Positions 55,533 through 64,000 of a stretch of DNA of 64,000 bases are shown here, piece after piece. Source of the stretch: an uncultured Rubrivivax sp. (GTDB lineage: Bacteria; Pseudomonadota; Gammaproteobacteria; Burkholderiales; Burkholderiaceae_C); NCBI GenBank assembly GCA_964495125.1, contig CAZBUU010000001.1, forward strand, positions 30,370-94,369, in the 5' to 3' direction. Within the stretch, counting starts at the first letter, position 1. Every line of letters begins with the position of its first letter. Made by a program: the position numbers and the translations under genes. Below the pieces are notes generated by a model. The model searched no databases and was not told where the DNA came from. It saw only the letters and a program-made list of their open reading frames with translations.

Positions 55533-57053
55533 TCAGGCTCTGCCGGCCAGCCGCCAGAGCGCCTGATGTTCGTCCGGTGCCAGCGGGCGCAGGCGCCACA
55601 GCAGGCCGGCGTAGCAGGCCAGCAGCAGGGCACTGCCGGCGCCCAGGGCCCAGGTCGGGTGGTGCAACAGGCTGGCCGCCAGGCCGCAGGCCGCGGCCGC
55701 GCCCCCGGCAGCCCCTGCGCGGCGCCAGAAGCGCAGATCGCCCAGCAGGTCCGTCAGGTGCAGGCTCAGCCGTTGCTTGAGGACCCAGGCGTAGCTGAGC
55801 TCCACGACGAGCAGACCCAGCGCACCCGCGGGCGCGCCGAGGTGCGGCGCTGCCAGGGCCACGAGGGGCGGTGCGCACCACGTGGCCATCGTCGCCCACA
55901 GCACGGACCGGTTGTCCGACTGCAGGTGGGCCACCAGGCCGGCCATCAACCTGAAGGCCTGCACGAACAGCATCGGCAGCAGCGTCGCGATGCAGGCCAC
56001 GAGGCCCGCTGGCGAAGGGCCGCTGGCCAGCTGTTGCCGCGCGGCTTCGCCGAAGACCAGCATCCACGCCAGCAGCGCGATCAACACGAGACCGTTCAGC
56101 CGCAGCAGCAGCCGCGGCCACAGCCAGGGCAAGGGCCCGCCGCCATGCGGGCTGGTCCGCGCCGTGAGCACGGCACGGACATAGTCGAAGAGCAGCAGCG
56201 CCGGCAGATGGCGGGCCGCCATGTCGGCCAGGGCCACGGCCACGCCGAAGGTCGCCAGCGCGGCCGGTCCGGCCGTCGCGCCGACCACCAGCTTGAGCAT
56301 GTCGACCCCGGCCACCAGGCCCAGCAGCAGCGCCGCATGGCCCTGCAGGGCGAAGCGCAGGCGCGGGCCTCTCGCCGCAGGCGGCTCAGCGGCCGGGTGC
56401 CGGGGCTCGGGCCGTTCGCGCAGATATCGCGCGATGAACCACAGGCCGGCCACGGCCAGGGCGGCGGACAGACCCAGCTCCAGCCGCAGCACCAGCGCGG
56501 CGTCGATGGCCGCGCCGGCGGTGATCAACAGCCCCAGCCCGGCCATGCGCATCAGGTTGCGGGCCAGGGCGAGCCCTTGGCGCCGCCCCTGCAGCAGCAG
56601 GCTCTCCAGCAGCAGCTCGATGCAGCGCAGCAGTCCCTCGCAGCACAGGAACGCGAGGAAAAGGACCAGCGGGATGCCCGACAGACGCTGCCCCGTCCAG
56701 CCGGGCAGCCATGGCCACAGTCCGGCGATGAACGCCGAGGCCAGCACCAGCGTGGCGAGGCGCCAGCCGACGAGGCCGAGCAGCCGCCTTCCCAGCGTCC
56801 TGCCGCTGCACTGCATCAGGTCGACCGGCACGAAGCGCTGGATGTAGGCCTGGACGCCGCAGCCGCTGGCCAGCTGGGTGATCTCGAACACGGCCAGCAG
56901 CGCGAAGTGGACCGCCAGTTCGGGGGTGGGCAGGTTGCGCACCAGCAGCGCCAGCCAGGCGACGCCGAGCAGGCCGCTGAGCGCCCGACCGGCGAGGAAG
57001 ACCGTCAGTCCCTGCCTCACACCGGCAGCCGACACCGCGGCGATGGCCGTCAC
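55533..57053 (-). CDS. Wzx-like flippase / polysaccharide biosynthesis membrane protein
   Basis: About 12-14 hydrophobic segments; GTGA overlap with the GT2 gene; EPS context. Confidence 0.6.
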   Translation of the reverse strand: MTAIAAVSAAGVRQGLTVFLAGRALSGLLGVAWLALLVRNLPTPELAVHFALLAVFEITQLASGCGVQAYIQRFVPVDLMQCSGRTLGRRLLGLVGWRLATLVLASAFIAGLWPWLPGWTGQRLSGIPLVLFLAFLCCEGLLRCIELLLESLLLQGRRQGLALARNLMRMAGLGLLITAGAAIDAALVLRLELGLSAALAVAGLWFIARYLRERPEPRHPAAEPPAARGPRLRFALQGHAALLLGLVAGVDMLKLVVGATAGPAALATFGVAVALADMAARHLPALLLFDYVRAVLTARTSPHGGGPLPWLWPRLLLRLNGLVLIALLAWMLVFGEAARQQLASGPSPAGLVACIATLLPMLFVQAFRLMAGLVAHLQSDNRSVLWATMATWCAPPLVALAAPHLGAPAGALGLLVVELSYAWVLKQRLSLHLTDLLGDLRFWRRAGAAGGAAAACGLAASLLHHPTWALGAGSALLLACYAGLLWRLRPLAPDEHQALWRLAGRA

Positions 57054-57793
57054 GGCAGCGAGTCCGGGGTCGCCCAGCGCCGGCGCAGGCCGGCGGCCAG
57101 GCGCTGGGCATGGCGCTGCAGCGGCGCCTGGTGGCGGGCGATCAGTTCGCGCCGCTCCTGCATCTGCAGCGCGTAGCGACGGCTGCTCTCGCCGCCCGCC
57201 ATGCAGCGGCAGACCAGCGACGGCACATGGACGAAGTGCAGCCCGGCGTCGGCGCAACGCATGAACCAGTCGAGATCGGCGCAGATGCGGTAGCGCGTGT
57301 CGAAGTCGCCCACGCGGGCGAAGCAGCTGCGCCGTGCCAGCACCGCCTGGTGGCTGAGCGACTCGTGGCCCAGCCGCGCCGGGCGCACATGCCGGTGCGA
57401 GCGCAGCCGGTCATGCCCATCGCCGAAGACCACGATGTCGCCGAAGGCCAGGTCGGCCGCGCCGGCCTCCAGCGCCTGCGCGAGCCGGCTCAGCGCTTCC
57501 GGGTCGGCGAAGCGGTCGTCGGCGTTGAGGAAGAACAGCGCCTCGCCGCGCGCCGCCGCCAAGCCCTTGTTCATGGCGTCGTAGATGCCGGCGTCGGGGC
57601 CGCTGATCAGCGTGCTCGGCAGCTCGGTGCAGCGTCGCACGATGTCCTGCGTGCCGTCTGTCGAACCGCCATCGACGACCACCCACTCGAGCGCCGGGTG
57701 CTTCTGGCTGACCAGCGAGGCCATGGCCGCGCCGATGAGCGGTGCGCCGTTGAGCACCACCGTCACCACGCTGATCGGCAAGACTGCGCTCAA
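57050..57793 (-). CDS. Glycosyltransferase family 2 (WcaE-like)
   Basis: ISVVTVVLN, VVDGGSTDGT, DAGIYDAMNKG and FLNADD motifs; TTG start overlapping the upstream stop. Confidence 0.88.
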   Translation of the reverse strand: MSAVLPISVVTVVLNGAPLIGAAMASLVSQKHPALEWVVVDGGSTDGTQDIVRRCTELPSTLISGPDAGIYDAMNKGLAAARGEALFFLNADDRFADPEALSRLAQALEAGAADLAFGDIVVFGDGHDRLRSHRHVRPARLGHESLSHQAVLARRSCFARVGDFDTRYRICADLDWFMRCADAGLHFVHVPSLVCRCMAGGESSRRYALQMQERRELIARHQAPLQRHAQRLAAGLRRRWATPDSLP

Positions 57794-58593
57794 AAGCGCC
57801 CCAGCGCCAGGCGCGGCAGGATGCGCAAGGTGCCCAGCCAGCGGCGAGCGCGCGAGGGCTGCTGGAGCACGCGGTAGACGCTCTCGAGGCCATGCTCCTG
57901 CCAGGCTTTCGGAGCGCGCCTGACGGTGCCGCTGACCATGTCGATGGCACCGCCGAAGCACAGCAGGCCGCTGACCATGCCGTCCAGTTCGCCCGCCAGC
58001 GTCCAGGCAAAGCGGTACTGCTTGCCCGGCCCCAGTGCCAGCACGACGTAGTCCGGCTCGAAGGCGCGGATCGCCTGCAGCGAGCGTGCGCGCGTCTCGA
58101 GCTCGCTGTCCTCGCCAGGCTCGAAGGCGGGCATGGCGAAGCCTGCCACCGCCAGGCGTGGCCAGCGCTCCCGCAGTGCCTGCACCGCGCGCGCGTTGGA
58201 CGGTGCCGACGCGCCCAGCAGGAACAGCCTTCGTTGCTCATGGGCGCAATGCGCCGCGATGTCGTAGATCAGCTCCGAGCCCGACAGCTTGGCCAGTGGC
58301 CGGCCCGGGTACTTGCGGCGCAGCGCCCACCAGATCCATTGACCGTCCACGCTGACGCGTGCGCGCGGCGACTGCGTCAGCTGCTGCAGCCCGGGGCAGC
58401 GCTGCAGGGTCAGCGCGATCTCGGCGTTGAGCGTGACGTAGACCCAGCACTCGGGCTGGGAAGGCGGCGGGAAGCTGCGCGTCTCGGTGATGGGAAAGTG
58501 GCCGAAACGCATCGGCTCGCCGGCCTGGCGGGGCGCGTCGTGTCCAAGGCTGGCCGCCGGCAGGCCCGGCAGATGCGGCAAGCGGGTCGTCAT
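57790..58593 (-). CDS. WecB/TagA/CpsF family glycosyltransferase
   Basis: VTLNAE, VDGQ, KLSGSEL, LFLLGA, GGAIDMVSG..RRAPK and GLESVYR motifs. Confidence 0.85.
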   Translation of the reverse strand: MTTRLPHLPGLPAASLGHDAPRQAGEPMRFGHFPITETRSFPPPSQPECWVYVTLNAEIALTLQRCPGLQQLTQSPRARVSVDGQWIWWALRRKYPGRPLAKLSGSELIYDIAAHCAHEQRRLFLLGASAPSNARAVQALRERWPRLAVAGFAMPAFEPGEDSELETRARSLQAIRAFEPDYVVLALGPGKQYRFAWTLAGELDGMVSGLLCFGGAIDMVSGTVRRAPKAWQEHGLESVYRVLQQPSRARRWLGTLRILPRLALGRF

Positions 58594-58632
58594 GGCATGG
58601 GGCTCCGGGCTTGGGGGAGTGGGGATGCCGGC

Positions 58633-59484
58633 TCAGTGGCCGCCGGAACTGCGCAGCAGCCCGAGGGCCAGGGCCTGGGCCACGGCCTGCGCGCGGTTGC
58701 TGCAGTCCAGCTTGCGCAGGATCTTCTGCACGTGGTTCTTCACGGTGAGCTGGCTGATGCCCAGCACGAGGCCGATCTCCTGGTTGTTCTTCCCCTCGGC
58801 CACGCCCTTGAGCACTTCGCGCTCGCGCTCCGTGATCCGCCTCGAGAAGCTGACGGCGTCGTCCTTCGGCGCGGCCTTGGCTGCCACCGGCGGCAGGCCC
58901 ATCTCGCGCTCGGTGGCCATCACGCGCTGCCAGCTGGAGTGCAGGTAGGGCATCAGCAGATCCACGTGCAACGCGGCAGCGGCCGCCATGACCGGGCCGA
59001 TGGAGGCGAAGACGAAGAAGCTCTCCAGCTCGGCCGGCCGCTGGGGCCGCGCCACGCCGTGGACCAGCAGGGCACCGATGTCGTGGCTGGCCAGGAGGTC
59101 GGCGGCCTCGCGGTGGGCCACCTCGGCCAGGCGCGACACCGGCAGCAGCAGCGGCCGGTTGCGGCCATCGATCCAGGCGGCCTGAAGTGCGCGCAGCAGC
59201 GGGCCCTGGCCGTCGGACATCAGCGCCAGCAGTTCGGGCTGCAGAACGACGCTGTGGAAGGCCTCGAACACGAGGTCGCGACGCTGCCGTACGTAGGCGC
59301 CACAGACCAGCAGCTGGTGCGGCAGCAGGGTCTGCAGCTGGCTCTGCGTCCAGACGAAGTACTGGTAGCGCCGGCGCACGCCGGGCACGGCCTCGGCCAC
59401 ACGCACGATGGCGTCGGCCTGCCGCTGGTCCAGCATCACGGCGTCATCGGCATGGCCGCGCTCGCCCTGGCCGTTGTTGTTCAT
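58633..59484 (-). CDS. epsA: PEP-CTERM/EPS-associated LuxR-family regulator EpsA
   Basis: VRRRYQYFVWTQSQLQTLLPHQLLVCG N-terminus as in EpsA; C-terminal ITEREREVLKGVAEGKNNQEIG..L.IS..TVKNHVQKILRKL LuxR HTH; EPS/PEP-CTERM context. Confidence 0.8.
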   Translation of the reverse strand: MNNNGQGERGHADDAVMLDQRQADAIVRVAEAVPGVRRRYQYFVWTQSQLQTLLPHQLLVCGAYVRQRRDLVFEAFHSVVLQPELLALMSDGQGPLLRALQAAWIDGRNRPLLLPVSRLAEVAHREAADLLASHDIGALLVHGVARPQRPAELESFFVFASIGPVMAAAAALHVDLLMPYLHSSWQRVMATEREMGLPPVAAKAAPKDDAVSFSRRITEREREVLKGVAEGKNNQEIGLVLGISQLTVKNHVQKILRKLDCSNRAQAVAQALALGLLRSSGGH

Positions 59485-59975
59485 GGCTTCCTCCCCGTGG
59501 TCTTGGTGGTCTCTCGCGGTGTCAATCCGGCGACGAACTTCCAGTCGCCGACGCTGGGCGACGTCGATTCCGGCGGCTCCACGCCTTCGGGCAAGCCTTG
59601 CCGGCGCAGGGCCGGTTGCCGCGAACGGCTGGCCACCCCGAAGATGCCGCCCGTGGCATCGCGCAGCAGGAGCCAGTCGGCCTGCCCGGTGAAAGGGTCG
59701 GCATAGAGCCTGCGCAACCAATGGCGGGGCTTGGCGTTGCGGTGGTCTTCCAGCAGGTCCGAAAGCGTCTGCGGCCACGACCCGCCCTCGCCGGCGTAGC
59801 GCTGCAGGGCGTCACGGATCTGGAGCCCTCGCCACAGCAGTTCCGCCTCGCGCTCGCGCTGGGCCTGCGTCTGCCAGGCCTGGCCAACGGCCGCCAGCGC
59901 CACGCCGCCCAGCGCGAGGGCGAAGATCAGCCCCAGGTAGGTGAAGCCACGCCGCCGGCGCTCACCAGTCCGCAT
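59481..59975 (-). CDS. Type II secretion pseudopilin-like protein
   Basis: RRRGFTYLGL prepilin-like cleavage site; REREAELL..G, LRRLYADPFTG motifs. Confidence 0.8.
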   Translation of the reverse strand: MRTGERRRRGFTYLGLIFALALGGVALAAVGQAWQTQAQREREAELLWRGLQIRDALQRYAGEGGSWPQTLSDLLEDHRNAKPRHWLRRLYADPFTGQADWLLLRDATGGIFGVASRSRQPALRRQGLPEGVEPPESTSPSVGDWKFVAGLTPRETTKTTGRKP

Positions 59976-60348
59976 GCAGCACTCCATCGCCGGTGCGTCC
60001 GGCCGATCCCGTGCGCACATCGCCCAGGCGGCCCGGCACCACGCTGTCGGGTGGGGGCGCCACGGCGACCCAACTGTCCTGGCGGCCCGTGAAGGGGTCT
60101 TGCGGCACCTGCCGCAGGTAGCGGGCTTCGACGAGTTCCTCCAAGGACTCGGGGTAGCGCCCACGGTCGGCGGCGAACTGGTCGATCGCGTTGCGCATCA
60201 CGGCCAGCGAACTGCGCAGGCTGTTCTCGCGCGCCCGTTCCAGACTGGCGAAATAGCGCGGCGCGGCGATCGACACCAGCAGGCCGACGATGGCCATGAC
60301 CACGATCAGCTCGATGAGGGTGAAGCCCCGGGGGTGCTGCCGTTTCAT
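59962..60348 (-). CDS. GspG-like pseudopilin
   Basis: RGFTLIELIVVMAIVGLL and YPESLEELV...YLRQVPQDP motifs. Confidence 0.85.
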   Translation of the reverse strand: MKRQHPRGFTLIELIVVMAIVGLLVSIAAPRYFASLERARENSLRSSLAVMRNAIDQFAADRGRYPESLEELVEARYLRQVPQDPFTGRQDSWVAVAPPPDSVVPGRLGDVRTGSAGRTGDGVLHADW

Positions 60349-60352
60349 CGCT

Positions 60353-60847
60353 TCACCACTGGTCGAGGCGGGTGCCGTCGATGCCCCGACCCTCGCTGCG
60401 CGAGCGCACGTCGAAGACGTCGGCACCGGGGGTGGGGGCGTCGGGCGGGCTGTGGCTGCTGCGCAGGGCCCAGGTCTGGGCTGCCGGCAGGGCCGGATCG
60501 GCGAAAGGATCGCGAGGCAGCTTGCGCAGCAGGTACAGGCGACGCGTGGCGTCGGCCCGGCCGCTTTCGTCGAGCAAGGGAACGCCCGCGACCAGGACCT
60601 CCAGGCTGGGCGGATACGGCGAGCCGTCCGGCAGCGGCGCGACGCGCCGGGCTTCGACGGCCGCTCGGTGGGCGTCGATGGCGCTGCGCAGCGTGCGCAG
60701 CCCCTCGCGCAGGGCCGACTCCTGCGTGCGGCGCAGGGCCAACTCGTGCAGCGGCACGGCGGCCGTCGCCAGGATGCCCACCAGCGCCAGCACCACGACC
60801 ATCTCGATCAGCGTGAAGCCACGGCGGCAAACCTGCAGCGGCTTCAT
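60353..60847 (-). CDS. Type II secretion pseudopilin
   Basis: RGFTLIEMVVVLAL and YPPSLEVL...LRKLPRDPF motifs. Confidence 0.85.
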   Translation of the reverse strand: MKPLQVCRRGFTLIEMVVVLALVGILATAAVPLHELALRRTQESALREGLRTLRSAIDAHRAAVEARRVAPLPDGSPYPPSLEVLVAGVPLLDESGRADATRRLYLLRKLPRDPFADPALPAAQTWALRSSHSPPDAPTPGADVFDVRSRSEGRGIDGTRLDQW

Positions 60848-62913
60848 TTCGACGCTCCGCCGGTCGGGCGCACCTGGATGCTGGCATCGGCACCTTCGAC
60901 GCGAATCTCCGCCGCCGAACCGTCGCCGTCGCTGGCGACCACGCCCGACAGTTCGGGCGTGAGACGCGCTCCGGCCGCCGCCGGCAGCACGCGCAACACC
61001 ACCACGGACTCCCCGCGGGGCCCCAGCGCGAAGGGCAGGCGGCCGGGGGCGGCGCCGGGCGCTGTGGCCTGCAGCGACGCGGCGTCGTAAAGCAGTTCGC
61101 CGCGCACGTTCAGCGCCGAACGGTTGCCCAGCGTCACCGAGACCGTCTCGCCCACCGCGGCCTGGGGTGTGACGGACAGGGCCAGCACGGCGCCCGAAGC
61201 CGCCGCCGGGGCCGCTTCCGCCGGCAGGGCGGCCGGCGCGCGGGCCGCGCCGCCGGTCGGGCCGACGCCGACCTGGGCCTGGCGCTGCAGCCGCAGCGGC
61301 GACTGGCCGGGCAGGCTGTCGGTGCCTGAGGGCAGGGTCGTCGCGGCCACGCCCAGCGTCGGCAGCCGGCGCACGATGCGCGGCGTGATGAGCATGACGA
61401 TCTCGGTCTTGCGCCGCTCGTTGTCGTTGACGCCGAAGAGCCGGCCGATCAACGGCATGCCCGCCAGCCCCGGCAGGCCGTTGGCGCTGCGACGGTCTTC
61501 GTCGTTGATGAGGCCCGAGAGCACCTGCGTCTGGCCGTCCCGCAGCCGCAGCGACGTGCTCGTCAGCCGCGTGCCGACGCGGTAGGCCAGCGAGCCCGCC
61601 GGTCCCTGCACTTCGCTGATCAGGCTGCTGACTTCCAGCGCCACCTTGATCATCACGTCGCCGTCCAGTTGCACGCTGGGCTCGACGTCCAGCTTCAGGC
61701 CCACGTCCAGCGTCGTCACGGTGGTGGAGGCGCCGACGTTGGCCGTGGCCGACGTGGTGCTGAACACCGGCAGCTTCTCGCCGATCTGCACCTTGGCCTT
61801 CTCGCGGTTGCGGGCGCGGATGGTCGGGTTGGCCAGCAGGTTGGTGGTGCCCTGGCTGCCCCGCAGCGAGGCCACCATGGCCGGGTTGGCCACCGTGCCG
61901 CGCAGCCGGTCCAGGCTGGACAGCGGCACGTTGCCGGTGACGCCGGGCACGCCGAGCTGGATCTCGGTGGGCCAGCTCAGGCCCAGCACGTCGGCCTGCT
62001 CGCTGGTGATCTCCAGCACCTCGACCGCCAGCATCACCTCGGGTTCGGGCAGGTCGATGGTGGCGATCAGCCGCTCGACGTGGCGCAGCACCTCCGGCGT
62101 GTCGCGCAGCACCAGTGCGCCCAGGCGTTCGTCGACGAAGAGATCGCGGGTCTTGGCCAGCGTCTTCACCATCGTCGCCACCTGCTTCACGTCGGCGTTG
62201 ACGACGTACAGCGTGCGCGTCACCAGTTCCTGGTGCTCGCGCTGCTTGGCCGGCGTGTTCGGATAGACCAGCACCGTGCGCTCGTTGAGCAGCTTGCGGT
62301 CGAGCTGCTGGGTCGAGAGGATCACGCGCACGGCCTCGTCCAGACTCGTCTGGCGCAGGAACACGGTGACCCGGGCGTCGCCGCGCACGTCCTTGTCGAA
62401 GACGAAGTTGACCCCCGTGGTGCGGGCCAGGGTCTCGAAGACCTGCCGCAGCGGCGCCTCCCGGAACTCCAGCGTCACCGGCTTCTGGAAAGCCGCGCCC
62501 AGTGACGAAAGCCCTTCGGCGGGGGCTGGCGCCAGGGCGGGCGTCGCGGCCTGCTGCGCTTCGGCGCCGCGCTGCCGGCGGCTGCGCTCGATCTCGGCGT
62601 CCAGGGCCGCCAGGCGCGGGTGCTTGCTGTCCAGCCGCCGCACGCGTTCCACCAGGCGCTGCGCCTCTTCGCTGCGACCGCCGGCCAGGGCCAGCTCGGC
62701 CATCGCCAGCGCGCGCACCACCACGCGGTCACGGGCGCGGTCGTACGCGGTGCGCAGCACGGGGTCGTCGGGCCGGCGCGCGAGCGCGGACTCCAGCGAG
62801 GCGAAGGCGGCCTCGAAGTCGCCCGCGCGGGCCAGCCGGTCGGACTCGTCCACCAGCGCATGGCCGCAGCCCGCCAGCAGCAGGCACAGCATCCATCCCG
62901 CCCGACGCCTCAT
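60844..62913 (-). CDS. GspD-like secretin (lipoprotein, TPR N-terminus, extra C-terminal beta domain)
   Basis: LAGC lipobox; VTLEFREAPL (STN), EVMLAVEVLE, LANPTIRARNREKA, LRDGQTQVLSGLI and PLIGRLFG...KTEIVMLITPRIV motifs. Confidence 0.9.
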   Translation of the reverse strand: MRRRAGWMLCLLLAGCGHALVDESDRLARAGDFEAAFASLESALARRPDDPVLRTAYDRARDRVVVRALAMAELALAGGRSEEAQRLVERVRRLDSKHPRLAALDAEIERSRRQRGAEAQQAATPALAPAPAEGLSSLGAAFQKPVTLEFREAPLRQVFETLARTTGVNFVFDKDVRGDARVTVFLRQTSLDEAVRVILSTQQLDRKLLNERTVLVYPNTPAKQREHQELVTRTLYVVNADVKQVATMVKTLAKTRDLFVDERLGALVLRDTPEVLRHVERLIATIDLPEPEVMLAVEVLEITSEQADVLGLSWPTEIQLGVPGVTGNVPLSSLDRLRGTVANPAMVASLRGSQGTTNLLANPTIRARNREKAKVQIGEKLPVFSTTSATANVGASTTVTTLDVGLKLDVEPSVQLDGDVMIKVALEVSSLISEVQGPAGSLAYRVGTRLTSTSLRLRDGQTQVLSGLINDEDRRSANGLPGLAGMPLIGRLFGVNDNERRKTEIVMLITPRIVRRLPTLGVAATTLPSGTDSLPGQSPLRLQRQAQVGVGPTGGAARAPAALPAEAAPAAASGAVLALSVTPQAAVGETVSVTLGNRSALNVRGELLYDAASLQATAPGAAPGRLPFALGPRGESVVVLRVLPAAAGARLTPELSGVVASDGDGSAAEIRVEGADASIQVRPTGGASK

Positions 62914-63398
62914 CTGAGCTCCACGTTCACGGTTTCGCCGGTGGGCAGCCAGCTCAGTTGCAGCCGCGTCGCGGCGACCCGTTCGATGCGCCAGCGGCCG
63001 TCCAGCACGTCGCCGGCGCGGGCACCGAAGCTGCGCTCGGCATTGCTCAGCAGCGCCTGCACGTCGCCGCTGTCGTCCAGACGGCCGATCCAGGCGTACG
63101 GGAACTTCGGCGGTGGCAGGCGGACCGGCGCCGACGCGGCCGGCTTGGGTGCCGCGGCCGCGGGCGCTGACCAGGCGGCCAGCGCGGCACGGGGCGCGGT
63201 GCCCCAGGCTTCGCGAGGGCGGGCCACGGCGGCGGGCGCCGCATCCAGGCCGGCCGGGCCTGGCCGCGAGGCCGGCTGCGCCAGGCGGGCAACGGCATCG
63301 ACCACGACCGGCTCGTCCCCGTCAGGCAGCACGGCGACCCAGGCGCTGGCGCCCAGCGTGGCGAGCAGGGCGGTGCCGAGCACGGCGTGGCGCTTCAT
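62910..63398 (-). CDS. T2SS-associated membrane-anchored protein (GspC/PilP-like position)
   Basis: N-terminal TM, Pro-rich linker, FPYAWIGR...GDVLDGRWRIE; directly upstream of the secretin. Confidence 0.6.
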   Translation of the reverse strand: MKRHAVLGTALLATLGASAWVAVLPDGDEPVVVDAVARLAQPASRPGPAGLDAAPAAVARPREAWGTAPRAALAAWSAPAAAAPKPAASAPVRLPPPKFPYAWIGRLDDSGDVQALLSNAERSFGARAGDVLDGRWRIERVAATRLQLSWLPTGETVNVELR

Positions 63399-63892
63399 CA
63401 CGTGGCCAGCGCCGGCGAGGCCGGCTGAAAGAAGGACCACGCCAGCTCGGCCTCCAGCTGGTCGACCTCGGGCGCGCCGCGGCGCAGGCTCAGCTCGTCG
63501 AGCGCCAGGCCAGCGTCGGCGCGCAGCGCCGCGGCGATGAAGGACCGCAGCTCGACGTAGCGCCCGCGCAGCGTCAGGCCCACCTGCAGGCGCCGCACGT
63601 TCCCCGACAGGCTGATGCGCTGCTGCGTGCGCTCCAGCACGAGCCCGTGGCGAGCCGCCAGCCGCAGCAGCGCGGCCACGCGCTCGGCGCTGTCGCCGAC
63701 GGCCGGCAGCGCGCGCCGTGGCGCGGAGGCTGCGGCAGGCGCTGGCGCCGGCCTGTGCTGGGGGACGCGCGAAGCAGCCTCGGCCTGCGCCTGCCAACGG
63801 GGCGCCAGCACACCACCCAGACCGCCTGCCGACAGCAGGGCCAGCAAGGCCACCGCGCCGGGCCAACCCCAGGCCGCAGGCCAGCGCATCAT
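63398..63892 (-). CDS. PilO/GspM-like assembly protein
   Basis: N-terminal TM; LRGRYVELRSFI..AL...LALDELSLRR pattern. Confidence 0.62.
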   Translation of the reverse strand: MMRWPAAWGWPGAVALLALLSAGGLGGVLAPRWQAQAEAASRVPQHRPAPAPAAASAPRRALPAVGDSAERVAALLRLAARHGLVLERTQQRISLSGNVRRLQVGLTLRGRYVELRSFIAAALRADAGLALDELSLRRGAPEVDQLEAELAWSFFQPASPALAT

Positions 63893-64000
63893 GGGCGGGC
63901 CTCCGTCCATGCGGCGCTGATCTCGAAGGCCTGCACGCCCTCGGGCGTGCTCTCCATGCGGCCCAGCACCACGTCGTGCCATCCTGGCTGGCGCCGCAGC
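63889..64000 (-). CDS. 3' end of a PilN/GspL-like protein (partial)
   Basis: Open frame LRRQPGWHDVVLGRMESTPEGVQAFEISAAWTEARP* ending in an ATGA overlap with the next gene; not in the supplied ORF track. Confidence 0.5.
   Translation of the reverse strand, partial: LRRQPGWHDVVLGRMESTPEGVQAFEISAAWTEARP

Noticed and set aside
1-64000. CRISPR arrays, IS elements, integrases, prophage genes, tRNA or rRNA
   Set aside because: No spaced direct-repeat arrays, transposase/integrase ORFs or structural RNA signatures seen; intergenic gaps are short. Inspection was by eye only

Overview
High-GC bacterial chromosomal segment whose gene content resembles Burkholderiales (Rubrivivax/Ideonella/Aquincola-like; inferred, not tested). 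It has three blocks. (1) 1-16.9 kb is a phosphate-starvation region: the 3' end of a pyruvate kinase gene, ppk2, two PEP-CTERM surface proteins, Tat-exported phoD, a histone-like/RHH-like small protein with an AT-rich palindrome upstream, and a C-P lyase cluster (phnCDE, a phnZ-like HD gene, phnGHIJKLM, phnF, DUF1045-like) with Pho boxes and a shared putative PhnF operator. (2) 17-24.4 kb is a signalling block: MCP, EAL/GGDEF, GAF-PP2C, anti-sigma-type kinase, STAS and FHA-PP2C, with no sigma factor in view. (3) 24.6-64 kb is a large envelope locus: DUF2341-ExbB/ExbD/ExbD/TonB-like/putative porin/coiled-coil/ankyrin operon, a PEP-CTERM protein, a secreted PstS-like protein, TpsB plus a 3714-aa TpsA, a translationally coupled TPR-GT41 glycosyltransferase, a Wzy-type polysaccharide cluster, an EpsA-like LuxR regulator and a T2SS-like secretin/pseudopilin cluster. 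The best candidate for an undescribed system is block 3, which is tied together by a recurring ~18-bp imperfect palindrome (ATGGTCCGA...) found upstream of three of its operons, a candidate EpsA operator. No rRNA, tRNA, CRISPR array or mobile element was seen. All product calls come from motif recognition by eye; no database searches were run.
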